A stretch of DNA of 64,000 bases from Acidobacteriota bacterium (GTDB lineage: Bacteria > Acidobacteriota > UBA6911 > RPQK01 > JADFOI01): contig OY760074.1 in assembly GCA_963663035.1 (NCBI GenBank), positions 3,360,001 through 3,424,000 of the forward strand, read 5' to 3'. Each line of letters begins with the position of its first letter. Position 1 is the stretch's first letter. A model generated the notes under the pieces. The model was not told where the DNA came from. It did no database searches and worked only from the letters and a program-made list of their open reading frames with translations. This document shows, in pieces, positions 1 to 10,500 of the stretch. The translations under genes and the position numbers were made by a program.

Positions 1-2
1 CG

Positions 3-1853
3 CCACTGGAGAACCTGGCTTGCCTCTCATCCTTTGACAAAGCCAGTCGCAAGTTGAAGGTTTGGTGCAATGGCCAGAACCCGCAGGTCATCTACGATGC
101 CCTGGGGGAGGCCCTGAGCCTGAAGGATTACCGGGTGATCATACCCGACATTGGGGGAGGCTTCGGGCAGAAGATCCACTTGATTCGCAAGTACGTGGTT
201 TTGACCAGCCTGATGTCTGTGAAGACGGGTAGGCCCGTCAAGTGGATTGAAGACCGCAGTGAGCACATGATGGCTGCGGGTCAGTCCTGTGGTATGGAGT
301 TTGATATCGAGGCAGCGGTTAAAAACGACGGAACCGTTCTGGGCTTGAAAATCAAAGAGGTTGATGACGTTGGGGGATCCGTTAGCACCCTCACCATTCA
401 TTTCACCAATAAACTGAATAACCTGTTCAGTACCTACAAGGTCAAAAACCTCCGGCTTGAGGGCCGCTCCGTAGTGACCAACAAATGTCCTGTGGTCCCC
501 AACCGCGGCATTGGCAAGCCGAGTATGTGTTTCATCTGGGAACGCGTGATGGATCGAATCGCCAAGGAGCTGGGGAAGAGTCCAGTAGAGGTGCGTTCAC
601 AGAATTTAGTTCCGGCCGGTGAGTTTCCCTATTCAGCTCCCAACGGCAATCTTTACGACAGCGGGGATTATCAAACACTGTTAGAGAAGGCCCTCAAGAA
701 ACTGGATTACGACAACCTGAGGGAAGAGCTGCGGCAGGAGAGAGAGAAGGGAAGGTACCGGGGCGTCGGAGTCGTCATCGGGCTAGAACCGGGGGGGAGA
801 AACGCGGCCCGCGATATGGCAATCTTCCCCAATGTGAAAGAGCTGCCCGGGGCGGGCGGAGTGGAAGGTGCCACCATCAAGCTGGAAAGAAACGGAAGTA
901 TAACCGTTTTTCTGGGTGCGCCCAGCTGTGGCCAATTTCACGAAACCACTACCGCTCAAATCGTGGCAGAACTTCTCGGTATTGTACCTGAGCACATCAG
1001 TGTCGCCAGCCGCTTTGACAGCGAGGTTTCCCCTTGGGGGATTGGTTCATCCAATACCGGCAACAACTTTCATCTTTACGATATCGGTGCCGTACATGGT
1101 GCTGCCCTGAGACTTCGCGAGAAAATTCTCGAGCTCTCGGCCCATGTGCTCAAAAGCCCTAAGGAGAAACTGACCATCCAGGAAGGCGTGGTCAGTGCCG
1201 ACCACTCGTCCGATAACCAGGTAAGCTTCGCTCAACTGGGCCGAATAGCCTATAGCAATCAATCTCTTATTCCGGAAGAACTGGAGGGTGGGCTGCAGAC
1301 CACTTTTTTTTACAAGTTTCCTCATGCCCAGCCCTTCATGGTCCCGGACAAACAGGGTCGCGTGAGAGCTCAGTTTACCTTCTCGGCAGCGGCCCACGCA
1401 GCGGTGGTGGAAGTCGACCCGGAGACGGGCCGGGTGAAGGTTGAGCGCTACATCATCGTGAGCGACAATGGCACCATGATCAACCCGGATGTGGTGGACG
1501 GGCAGATCTACGGATCGGTCGCCCATGGAATTTCGGTGGCTCTGGGGGAGGGCTTTGTCTACGATTCAGAGGGACAGTTGCTCACTATTACCCTGACCGA
1601 TTACACCAAGCCAACCACCTGTGAGACGCCCCGGGTCGAAATCGAACACAGCCCGGTGCCCTCTCCCTTTTCTGTCTTGGGACAAAAGGCAGCCGGGGAA
1701 GGGGCCGCTATCCCCTCTCCAGCAGCCATCGCCAGTGCCGTGGAGGATGCCTTGCAGCCTCTGGGGATCAGGATCCGGGAACTCCCTCTTTCACCCGAGG
1801 TGGTGTGGCGTCTCATGAATGAGAGTAAAAAAGGGGAAGCTGAGTCTCCCTAG
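3..1853 (+). CDS. Xanthine dehydrogenase family molybdopterin-binding (large) subunit, 5'-truncated by the window edge
   Basis: Frame is open from nt 3 (PLENLACL...). Motifs GGGFGQK, PNRGIG, YDSGDY, GQFHETT, VEVDPETGRV and KAAGEG (catalytic Glu). Lacks the CO dehydrogenase AYxCSFR loop. Confidence 0.92.
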   Translation, partial: PLENLACLSSFDKASRKLKVWCNGQNPQVIYDALGEALSLKDYRVIIPDIGGGFGQKIHLIRKYVVLTSLMSVKTGRPVKWIEDRSEHMMAAGQSCGMEFDIEAAVKNDGTVLGLKIKEVDDVGGSVSTLTIHFTNKLNNLFSTYKVKNLRLEGRSVVTNKCPVVPNRGIGKPSMCFIWERVMDRIAKELGKSPVEVRSQNLVPAGEFPYSAPNGNLYDSGDYQTLLEKALKKLDYDNLREELRQEREKGRYRGVGVVIGLEPGGRNAARDMAIFPNVKELPGAGGVEGATIKLERNGSITVFLGAPSCGQFHETTTAQIVAELLGIVPEHISVASRFDSEVSPWGIGSSNTGNNFHLYDIGAVHGAALRLREKILELSAHVLKSPKEKLTIQEGVVSADHSSDNQVSFAQLGRIAYSNQSLIPEELEGGLQTTFFYKFPHAQPFMVPDKQGRVRAQFTFSAAAHAAVVEVDPETGRVKVERYIIVSDNGTMINPDVVDGQIYGSVAHGISVALGEGFVYDSEGQLLTITLTDYTKPTTCETPRVEIEHSPVPSPFSVLGQKAAGEGAAIPSPAAIASAVEDALQPLGIRIRELPLSPEVVWRLMNESKKGEAESP

Positions 1854-1876
1854 CACGAAACGAGTGGAGGTTTTCC

Positions 1877-3601
1877 ATGAGTAAAGTGTCACTTCGAGTG
1901 TTTTTATTTCTGATTCTTGTCGCCGTACCCCGTTCGGGGTTCTCTCAGAGCACGGGAGCCGCCCTTTCCCTGCAGGATCTGCCGCCGGAAGTACTGGCTT
2001 ATCCCCAAACCATCCTCTTCGGGGGAAAGATCTTGACTGTGGATGACCGGTTCTCGATGGTGCAGGCCCTGGCCATCCGAGGGGAGCGGATCTTGGCGGT
2101 GGGTGATGATGCCCGGATCTTGAAGATGGTGGGGCCTGACACAGAGAAAATCGATCTTCAAGGGAAAACAGTGATTCCCGGCTTGATCGACACCCATTAT
2201 CACCTGGGTGACTATGTGCTGCGCCACATGTTGTTGGAAGAGAAGGGAATCCAGTGGGAGGGAACGGTCGAGAAGCTGGGCGTTCTTTGGAAAGATGCCG
2301 ATCAGGCGCTTCGCGACATCAAACAAGCTGTGGAAGCTGCAAGTCCTGGCGAACTGGTGCGGGTCCCCAGTCGGAATGCCGGTGTGCTGAGAGGTGTCTC
2401 CATGAATCAGCTGGATGCCATCTCGTCGGACAATCCGGTGGTGATTGTCTCTGCCTCTCAGCTGCGACCGGCCGCAGCTAATACCCCGGCCATCGAATGG
2501 GCCAAAATTTCCGGCGAGACACCCGGCCTGCCCACTGATGGCACTGTGATGATTTCTGGCGAGGCGGCCAGGGCACTGGCGGAGTACGTGATCCGGGATA
2601 TTTCGCCGGAGAGGGTGATCTCCTGGAGTAAGAGAGTCATGAAGCTGGTCAATAGCTGGGGCTTGACCATGGCGGTAACGCGCATCGCCCCCGATCAGTT
2701 CAATACTCTGCGGGAAATCTGGCTGCAGGATGAGCTGACAGTCCGGTGGCGGGTGGGCTTTCCGGGTCCTCTGAATATCCCCCAAACGGGAAATGTGAGT
2801 GATATTGGAGACGACTGGCTGCGCATCTCCGGTGCGGGCGGCGGCATGGCCGTGCCTGGGAGCAACGATGCCATGGGTCACTGGTCCTCCAAATTACCGC
2901 CCACCAGTGAGGAGATTTCCGGTTGGCCAGAGAGACGCAGGCAGATTCTGGAGACTCTGCGTTACGGCTGGAGTACGCCCAACAGCCACATCAAAGGGGA
3001 TATTGCGGTACGCGTGATTCTGGATGTCATCCAGGAAGCGCAGCGCGATCCGATTGTGACCAGCTCCAATCAACGATTTACCATGGACCATCTGGAAGAG
3101 GTCAATGAGGAGGATATTCCTCGCATGAAGCAGCTGGAAGTCATTCCCAGCAGCATGATGAAGGATATCTTTTCCGACCAGCACTCGGAAGGATCCTCCG
3201 CCTATCAGGCCGCTTTTGGTGCCGACTACGTCAACAGGATGTTGCCCATTTCATCCTATCTGGAAGCTGGACTTCAGCCCACCGTGGAAGGCGACATGGG
3301 TGATGAGATGCTGGGCAGACCCCTTTGGACCGTGGAGAAGGCAGTGTGCCGCTGTGTGGAGGGGTCCACACGCATTTGGGGCAGGGATCAGAAGGTTTCG
3401 CGCCAGGATGCCCTGCGCATGAAGACCATCTGGGCAGCGGCTTACGTGGGAGACCAGAGCCGGGCTGGGAGTCTGGAACCGGGGAAGTGGGCAGACCTGG
3501 TAGTCCTGGATGGGGATTATATGAGTGTGCCGGAGGATCAGATTGCTGACCTGCCGGTGGTGCTCACCATCGTGGGAGGAAAGACCGTCTACTCGCGCTA
3601 G
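1877..3601 (+). CDS. Secreted amidohydrolase-3 (YtcJ/NfdA-like) metal-dependent hydrolase
   Basis: GGAGG RBS, N-terminal signal peptide, GKILTVD...DLQGKTVIPGLIDTHYH, HIKGD, DH, GSLEPGKWADLVVL, TIVGG. Confidence 0.9.
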   Translation: MSKVSLRVFLFLILVAVPRSGFSQSTGAALSLQDLPPEVLAYPQTILFGGKILTVDDRFSMVQALAIRGERILAVGDDARILKMVGPDTEKIDLQGKTVIPGLIDTHYHLGDYVLRHMLLEEKGIQWEGTVEKLGVLWKDADQALRDIKQAVEAASPGELVRVPSRNAGVLRGVSMNQLDAISSDNPVVIVSASQLRPAAANTPAIEWAKISGETPGLPTDGTVMISGEAARALAEYVIRDISPERVISWSKRVMKLVNSWGLTMAVTRIAPDQFNTLREIWLQDELTVRWRVGFPGPLNIPQTGNVSDIGDDWLRISGAGGGMAVPGSNDAMGHWSSKLPPTSEEISGWPERRRQILETLRYGWSTPNSHIKGDIAVRVILDVIQEAQRDPIVTSSNQRFTMDHLEEVNEEDIPRMKQLEVIPSSMMKDIFSDQHSEGSSAYQAAFGADYVNRMLPISSYLEAGLQPTVEGDMGDEMLGRPLWTVEKAVCRCVEGSTRIWGRDQKVSRQDALRMKTIWAAAYVGDQSRAGSLEPGKWADLVVLDGDYMSVPEDQIADLPVVLTIVGGKTVYSR

Positions 3602-3624
3602 CCGGGATTATGCATAATCCCGGC
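3601..3624. repeat. Perfect 24-bp palindrome GCCGGGATTATGCATAATCCCGGC (member of a MITE-terminus-like repeat family)
   Basis: Self-reverse-complementary. The half-site resembles TTATGCATAATCCTGGCTA at 20330-20348 and GCATAAGCCGGGCTAG at 35743-35758. Confidence 0.8.
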
Positions 3625-3637
3625 AATAGCTGATGCA

Positions 3638-3840
3638 ATTCAAAAATTTGTTGAATTATTCAGAAAATTGAACCGCCCGGGAACCACGGCTGCTGAAAAC
3701 AAAGGAGTTAGGTCAGTGGCACAGATCTTGCTATTATTCCACCTAAGTAATAATGACCGATTCAATTAAAGTTCAAAATTCAACAAATAATCAAAAAGCT
3801 TTAGATTTCGCTTGAAGTGTATTGCAGTTTAGATTCTAAT
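3638..3840 (+). promoter_or_regulatory. Promoter module of TBDR1: dyad activator-like sites, sigma54 -24/-12 box, downstream sigma70-like promoter
   Basis: ATTCAA-N7-TTGAAT 3638-3656, TTCAGAAAATTGAA 3659-3672, TGGCAC-N5-TTGCT 3717-3732, TTGAAG-N17-TCTAAT 3812-3840. The module recurs upstream of the paralogs. Confidence 0.8.
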
Positions 3841-3952
3841 AAGGCTCAAAGGTAGGGAGAGAACTTTTTTCATTATCTTTCTTAAATTGCGAGATTTTGC
3901 ATCGCAGGTTTTAAATCATTTCGAACTCTTACCAAAGGGAGAAGGAGTTTCC

Positions 3953-6900
3953 ATGTCTAAAAAATTGCTAGGACTATTTGTCATCCTGTTGGCGGCAGTT
4001 ATCTGCAGCCCGTCCGTCTTGGGACAGTCGACTGCAGGTATCTTTGGAGTTGTCCAGGATCTGACCGGTGCCGTGCTGCCGGGGGTCGAGGTGACGGTCA
4101 CCCATGTTGACACCCAGAGGACCAGGGTGATCATTTCCGATGATGAGGGCAGATACCGCGCCTTGAATTTGAATGTGGGAACTTATGAAGTCGAGGCCAG
4201 CCTGCCTGGCTTTCAAACATCGGCCAGGACTGGAATCGTGCTGAGCATCGGCCGCCAAGCTGTGGTCGACTTTACCCTGAGCGTGGGAGAGATCACCGAG
4301 CGGGTGACCGTAACCGGGGAGGCCCCCTTGATTGAGACCAGCTCGGGAAGCCTGGGGGATCTGGTGGACCGTCGAACGGTTCTTGAGCTTCCCCTCAACG
4401 GCCGTGACCTGACCGATCTGCTGACGCTGCAGGCGGGAACCGCCAATGTCTCCACAGCCAACTCGAACAACGCCAGCCGGGGCTTCAGCCAGAAGGTCAG
4501 TATTTCCGGATCTCGTCCCAACGACGTCTCGGTTTTGCTGGACGGAACGGATGTCAAGGGCCTGGACCAGAGTGTTCCTGCAGGTGTCTCGGGTAATTTT
4601 ATCGGTGCCGAAGCCATCCAGGAGTTCAAGATCGAAAGAAACGCTTACAGTGCCGCCTTTGGAGGGGCTTCAGGAGGCGTCATCAACGTGGTCAGCAAGG
4701 CGGGCAGCAACGTGTTTCATGGCTCCGTCTATGAATTTCACCGCAACGACAATATGGACTCCGCCGCTTTCCGCGCCGCTGAGAAGGGAGAATTCAAGCG
4801 CAATCAGTACGGCTTCAGTCTAGGAGGCCCCGTCATAGAGAATAGGACTTTCTTCTTCTTCAATTTCGAAGGCCTGAAAGAGCGGTTGAGCCTGGCGTCC
4901 TTCCGCGAGGTTCCCACCCTGGACGCGCGGAATGGCATTCTGCCCAGCGGACCGGTGGCGAATGTAGACCCGTTGGTTCTTCCCTACTTCGACCTTTTCC
5001 CCTTGCCCTCAGCGGGAGCAGAGGACCTGGGAAATGGGATCACGAGAGAAGCGATCACGAAGTCCCGGCCCACCGACGAAGACTTCTATCAGGTTCGAGT
5101 CGATCACCAAATCTCCGACTCAGACTCCATCTTTGTGCGCTTTACCTATCAGGACTCCGAGCGGATTACCCCCCAAAACATTCCGCAGTGGTCTCTTAAG
5201 GACTTCACCACCAATCGGTTTTCGACCATCGAGCAACAGCATATCTTCTCGCCTCAATTCCTGAACACCTTTCGCTTTGGGTTCAACCGCCGGGGAGTCG
5301 GGTCGGCAGGTTTTGAAGACCCCCTCAGCGACACCAGCCTTCGCTTCGTTCCCCTCTCGGTCTGGAGAGCACCGCTGGGTGCCGAATATGTTCAGGGTGC
5401 CGTCAATATTTCGGACCTTGACCTGGTGGGGTTGGGCCGGGGCTGGGCGGATCGCAAGACCAACAGCTTTGAATATATGGACGACCTGGTCTACCAGCGG
5501 GGCCAGCACTCCCTGAAGTTCGGGTTCACCTGGCGTCGAATTCAGCTCAACGGCGACAGCCCCTCACGTGCTGGGGGAGAATTTAGCTTTGACGGCCTCA
5601 CTGAGTTTCTGCAGAACTCACCCAGCCGATTTCGAGGCGACGTTGCAGCTGCTTCCATTAGCATTCGGGGACTTCGCATGAACACAGCCGGCTGGTACAT
5701 CCAGGATGACTGGCAGGTTTCTCCCCAACTCACCGTGAACCTGGGCTTCCGGCACGAGTTTTACACGGTGCCTTATGAGGTCAACGGCCTGCTGGCCGGC
5801 TTACGGGATCCTTTGAACGACACTGAAGTCACATACAATGCACTGCTGACCCCCGACGAGGCCTGGTTTAACAATCCTTCAAAGGCAAGTCTCATGCCTC
5901 GAGTCGGCCTGGCCTGGGATCCCACCGGATCGGGCAAGACCGCCCTGCGGGCCGGCCTCGGACTCTTTTACAATCACATCCAACCGGATACTTTCCGGCG
6001 GGCCATCTTTCGCACCCAACCCCACGCTTTGGAGTCGCAGGCTCGAGGCTCATCCATCAGGTCGGGTTGCATCGACGAAGCCGGGAACCCTGGTGCGTCT
6101 TGCTTTCCCGGATTTCGTATTTTTGACGCCATCAATTCCGGTGGCTTTGGGGACTTCGACCTTCAACTTTTTCCCTTTGACTATATGCGAAACCCCCATA
6201 CCTGGCAGTGGAATCTAAACGTCCAGAGAGAAATTCTTCCCGGAACCGGGCTGACGGTAGGCTATGCCGGCACTCGAGGCCTCAACCAGATGCACCAGAC
6301 CAACTTAAACGCTCCTACGGCCACTGTCGTCAATGGGCGCCTGACCTTTCCAGCGGGTACTGAGGTGCCCAATCAGGCCTTTGACAACCTGGGTCTGCTC
6401 AGCCAGGAGGCCTCCACCGATTCCTATTACCATGCCCTGCAAACGGGTCTTCAGCGTCGCTTTCAAGCCGGCTGGCAGCTGCAGGTCTCCTACACCTTTT
6501 CCAGAGCCGTGGATGAGGCCTCTCAGATCAATAGCGCCTTTACAAACGACGCCGGCGGCGTCAGCTATTACCCCGATCCCGACCTGCGCAGAGGCCTGGC
6601 GGCCTATCATGTGGCTAATGTTTTCACCGCCAGCAGCGTCATGGAGCTTCCCTTTGGGCCGGGCCGGGCATTTGGGAACAACCTGAGCGGGGTGGCCGCA
6701 AAGCTTCTGGGCGGCTGGCAGATGGGCGCCATTTTGAAGCTGGCGGATGGGCCAGCGGTTACTGTCTCAGTTCAAGGCGACCGCGATATATCAGATCTGA
6801 ATATCGGTGGTCAAACTCCGGATCTGGCTCCAGGTGCCAGTACCAGTCCGGTCTTGGGAGGTGCCGATCAATACTTTGACACCTCGGCTTTTATTTTCCC

Positions 6901-7177
6901 TCCCGATAATACCCTTGGTACTGTAGGACGAAATACCTTGATCGGACCCGGTTTGGCCAGTTTAGACTTTTCCCTGATCAAAAAGACCCGGGTGGGAGAA
7001 ACGGTGACGGTGGAGTTTCGGAGCGAATTTTTTAACATCTTCAACCGGCCCAACCTCGCTTTGCCGGATACGGGTGTCTTTAGAAGGTCGGGCTCGCGAG
7101 ATTCGGACGCCGGGCGTATTGAGAATACAACCACCAAGATGCGCGAGATTCAGTTCGGCTTGAGAATCGTCTTCTAA
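3953..7177 (+). CDS. TonB-dependent receptor (Oar-like, N-terminal carboxypeptidase-regulatory-like domain), TBDR1
   Basis: AAGGAG RBS before ATG 3953, signal peptide, GVVQDxTGAVLPG, LPLNGRD, AIQEFKI, YIQDDWQV, C-terminal QFGLRIVF (outer-membrane Phe). Confidence 0.93.
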   Translation: MSKKLLGLFVILLAAVICSPSVLGQSTAGIFGVVQDLTGAVLPGVEVTVTHVDTQRTRVIISDDEGRYRALNLNVGTYEVEASLPGFQTSARTGIVLSIGRQAVVDFTLSVGEITERVTVTGEAPLIETSSGSLGDLVDRRTVLELPLNGRDLTDLLTLQAGTANVSTANSNNASRGFSQKVSISGSRPNDVSVLLDGTDVKGLDQSVPAGVSGNFIGAEAIQEFKIERNAYSAAFGGASGGVINVVSKAGSNVFHGSVYEFHRNDNMDSAAFRAAEKGEFKRNQYGFSLGGPVIENRTFFFFNFEGLKERLSLASFREVPTLDARNGILPSGPVANVDPLVLPYFDLFPLPSAGAEDLGNGITREAITKSRPTDEDFYQVRVDHQISDSDSIFVRFTYQDSERITPQNIPQWSLKDFTTNRFSTIEQQHIFSPQFLNTFRFGFNRRGVGSAGFEDPLSDTSLRFVPLSVWRAPLGAEYVQGAVNISDLDLVGLGRGWADRKTNSFEYMDDLVYQRGQHSLKFGFTWRRIQLNGDSPSRAGGEFSFDGLTEFLQNSPSRFRGDVAAASISIRGLRMNTAGWYIQDDWQVSPQLTVNLGFRHEFYTVPYEVNGLLAGLRDPLNDTEVTYNALLTPDEAWFNNPSKASLMPRVGLAWDPTGSGKTALRAGLGLFYNHIQPDTFRRAIFRTQPHALESQARGSSIRSGCIDEAGNPGASCFPGFRIFDAINSGGFGDFDLQLFPFDYMRNPHTWQWNLNVQREILPGTGLTVGYAGTRGLNQMHQTNLNAPTATVVNGRLTFPAGTEVPNQAFDNLGLLSQEASTDSYYHALQTGLQRRFQAGWQLQVSYTFSRAVDEASQINSAFTNDAGGVSYYPDPDLRRGLAAYHVANVFTASSVMELPFGPGRAFGNNLSGVAAKLLGGWQMGAILKLADGPAVTVSVQGDRDISDLNIGGQTPDLAPGASTSPVLGGADQYFDTSAFIFPPDNTLGTVGRNTLIGPGLASLDFSLIKKTRVGETVTVEFRSEFFNIFNRPNLALPDTGVFRRSGSRDSDAGRIENTTTKMREIQFGLRIVF

Positions 7178-7205
7178 GAGAACTCGGGCTAATTTCAGCA
7201 GCGAA

Positions 7206-7240
7206 AAGTGCCCCCTGAAGCCTGGCTTCAGGGGGCACTT
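7206..7240 (+). terminator. GC-rich hairpin, probable intrinsic terminator after TBDR1
   Basis: AAGTGCCCCCTGAAGC-CTG-GCTTCAGGGGGCACTT. The same stem follows TBDR2 and TBDR3. Confidence 0.75.
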
Positions 7241-7272
7241 GCAGTTTTGCACCCACCTCAGGCGCCGTTGCG

Positions 7273-7445
7273 ATTCAAAAAATAGTTGAATTATTCAAAA
7301 AATTGAACCGCCCGGGAGAGAGGGCTGCTGAAAACAAAGGAGTTAGTTCATTGGCACAGATCTTGCTATCTGTGCCAATGAGAGGTTAAAAAAAGTTAAG
7401 AAACATGAGATTTAACTTGAACTCTGGTTTCACTTGGTTTCTAAT
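7273..7445 (+). promoter_or_regulatory. Promoter module of TBDR2 (dyad sites, sigma54 box, sigma70-like promoter)
   Basis: ATTCAA-N7-TTGAAT 7273-7291, TTCAAAAAATTGAA 7294-7307, TGGCACAGATCTTGCT 7352-7367, TTGAAC-N17-TCTAAT 7417-7445. Confidence 0.8.
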
Positions 7446-7556
7446 GGGGCTCAGAAAAGGCACGAAAAGGCACAATAATCTTTGACTTCATTCATTTTTA
7501 AGTTTTGTGTAGCAAGTTTCAGAACATTTCAACTCTTAACTCATTAAGGAGTTTCC

Positions 7557-10500
7557 ATGTCTAAAAAATTACTAGGAATCTCTATCATTCTGTTAGCGGC
7601 AGTGATCTGCAGCCCGGCCGTTTTGGGACAGGGCACGACTGGAGCCATCTTTGGAACTGTCCAGGATTCGACGGGAGCGGTGCTGCCGGGGGCCGAAGTC
7701 ACGGTCACCCAGGTAGAGACCGGGAGATCCAGGGTGATCATTTCCGACGATGAAGGCAGATACCGCGCCCAGAGTTTGAATATAGGAAATTATGAGGTCA
7801 CTGCCAGTTTGCCCGGTTTTCAGACTTCGGTCAGAAGTGGCATAAGTCTGACGATTGGAAGAGAAGCGGTGGTCGACTTCACCCTGAGTATTGGAGAGAT
7901 CACAGAAAGAGTGACAGTCACCAGCGAAGCTTCGCTGGTGGCGACCACCTCGGGCTCCCTGGGGTCTCTGGTGGACCGGCAAACGGTTCTCGAACTCCCC
8001 CTCAATGGGCGTGACATGACTGTTCTGCTGACGCTGCAGGCGGGAGTTGTTAATCCCAGGACGAATAATACAGGAACCAGCTCGGGTTTTAGTCAACAGA
8101 TCAGTATTTCCGGAGCCCGTCCCCACGACAACTCGATTTTGCTGGACGGGACCGAGGTCAAGGGTATGGACCAGAGCGTTCCGGCCGGTATGTCGGGGAA
8201 TTTTATCGGGTCGGAAGCCATCCAGGAGTTCAAGATCGAGAGAAACTCCTACAGCGCCCAGTTTGGCGGAGCCTCGGGGGGTGTCATCAACGTGGTCAGC
8301 AAGGCCGGCACCAATGAGTTTCACGGCTCCATCTATGAATTTCACCGCAACGACGTCCTGGATGCCGCGGAATTTCGGGCTGCCACTATTGTGGATTCGT
8401 CTGGCGCTTTCGCCGGCAAGGATAAGCAGCCCTTTATTCGCAACCAGTTTGGGTTCAGTGTAGGAGGCCCCATCATCCCCAATAAGACCTTCTTTTTCGG
8501 GAATTACGAAGGCCTGCGGGATCGGCTCAGCTCCACGGGCTTCATGACCACCTTCACAGACGCGAAGCGGCTAGACCCGACAATTGATCCCGAGGTACTC
8601 CCCTATCTTGAGCTGTGGCCGCGGGCCGGGTCTTTAGGCGTAGATCTGGGGGATGGAAGGTCCCGGGAGCCGATAGGCCGATCCCAGCCCACGAATGAGA
8701 ACTTCTACCAGGTTCGGATCGATCACAACATCTCCGATGCTGATTCCATCTTCGCGCGGGTCACCCGTCAGACCTCAAACCGGATCAGGACGGAAAACAT
8801 TCCTGTGTGGTCGCATGACAACTTTGCCAACAATTTGTTTTTCACTCTTGAGGAGAAAAAGATTTTCTCGCCTCAAGTTCTCAATTCCTTTCGTGTTGGG
8901 TTCAACCGCCGCGGCATTGGGGAGTTTTCCAGTGAAACTCCTGAGCAAAACCCCAGCCTTCGCTTCGTTCCCGATGAGTTCTGGAGATCTCCGCTGGGTG
9001 CACCTCCTGTTGTAGGTAGGATTAATATCAGCGGCATGTCGGGCGTAGGTCTGTCACGCGGTTGGGTGGATCGCAAGGTCAACAGCTTTGAGTTCCTTGA
9101 CGATGTCATTTACAACCGGGGCCCTCACTCCCTGAAATTTGGGGCTACCATTCGCCGAATTCACCTAAACGGCCAGAACCCGTCTCGGATCGGAGGAGAA
9201 TTTGCGTTTTCGGACATCGACGATTTCCTGGCCGGTGAACCGAACCGATTTCGAGGCGATATCCAACCAACAAGCGACAGCACGCGGGGAATCCGCTACT
9301 GGATCGCGGGCTGGTACATTCAGGACGACTGGCAAGTGACTCCTCACTTGAACCTCAACATGGGCTTCCGGCATGAGTTTTACACCGTGCCCTATGAGGT
9401 CAACGGCAAGACGGCCAACCTGAAGAACCCTTTAACCGACACCTCTATCACGCTCTTGGACCAGGCGGTGGATTCCGCTGGTGCTCCGCTGGGCGGCGGC
9501 CGTCTCGGGAATGACTGGTTTGAAAATCCTTCTTTCAAGAGCTTTATGCCCCGCCTAGGCCTGGCCTGGGATCCCACCGGATCGGGAATGACGGCTGTGC
9601 GAGCAGGCTTTGGGATCTTCTACAATCACATTCAATCTGAAGTTTTCCGGCAGGCTTCTTTTCGCACCCAGCCTTTTTTGATTGAGACCAATATTCGGGG
9701 GAGTGGCAATGACATTCCTTTCCCCAACATCTATGATCCGGTGGTCAACCAGGGTCTGGGTCAAGGCGACATGCACCTGTTCCCCTATGATTGGGCAAAG
9801 AATCCCCACATGCTCCAGTGGAATCTGAACGTTCAGCAGGAGATCTTTAACCAGACGGCAGTGACGGTGGGTTATGCCGGAGCCCGGGGCATCAGCCTGC
9901 AAACGAGTATAAATCTGAATCAACCCCTGACCCATGAGGTGATCGACGGCCGCGTCACCTTTCCAGACGATGCTGTGGTTGCCAATCCCTTCTGGGAGAT
10001 AGACCTGCAGACCCGGGCGCAGGCGGCCGATTCCTATTACAACAGCCTGCAGATGGGTCTGCAGCGTCGCTTTCGGGACGGCTGGCAGCTACAGGTTTCC
10101 TACACCTTTTCCAAGACCCAGGATACCTCTTCCCAGACCAATCCGACCTTCGGCAATGAGGGAGGAGGCATCGTCTATACCTATCTGCCCCACATGCGCA
10201 AGAGCCTAGCCGCCTTCCATCTAGCAAACAGCTTTTCAAGCAGCGCCGTGTGGCAGCTTCCCTTTGGTTCGGGCAAGCCCTTTGGCAGCAATTGGACCGG
10301 TCTCATGGACAAGATTCTCGGCGGCTGGCAGCTCAGCACCATCGTCACGATTGCCGATGGGTCACCGGACAGCATCGAGGAAAGCGAGTCCAGCTTTCTG
10401 AGCAACCTCAGTATAGAAACCAATACTCCCGATGAGGCATCCGGAGGCAGCAACAATCCGGTGCTGGGAGACCCCGACCTCTACTTTGACCCCGCCGCCT

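Noticed and set aside
7349-7380. Divergent sigma54 promoter on the minus strand of the palindrome
   Set aside because: GG-to-GC spacing on the reverse strand is 8 nt rather than the required 10.
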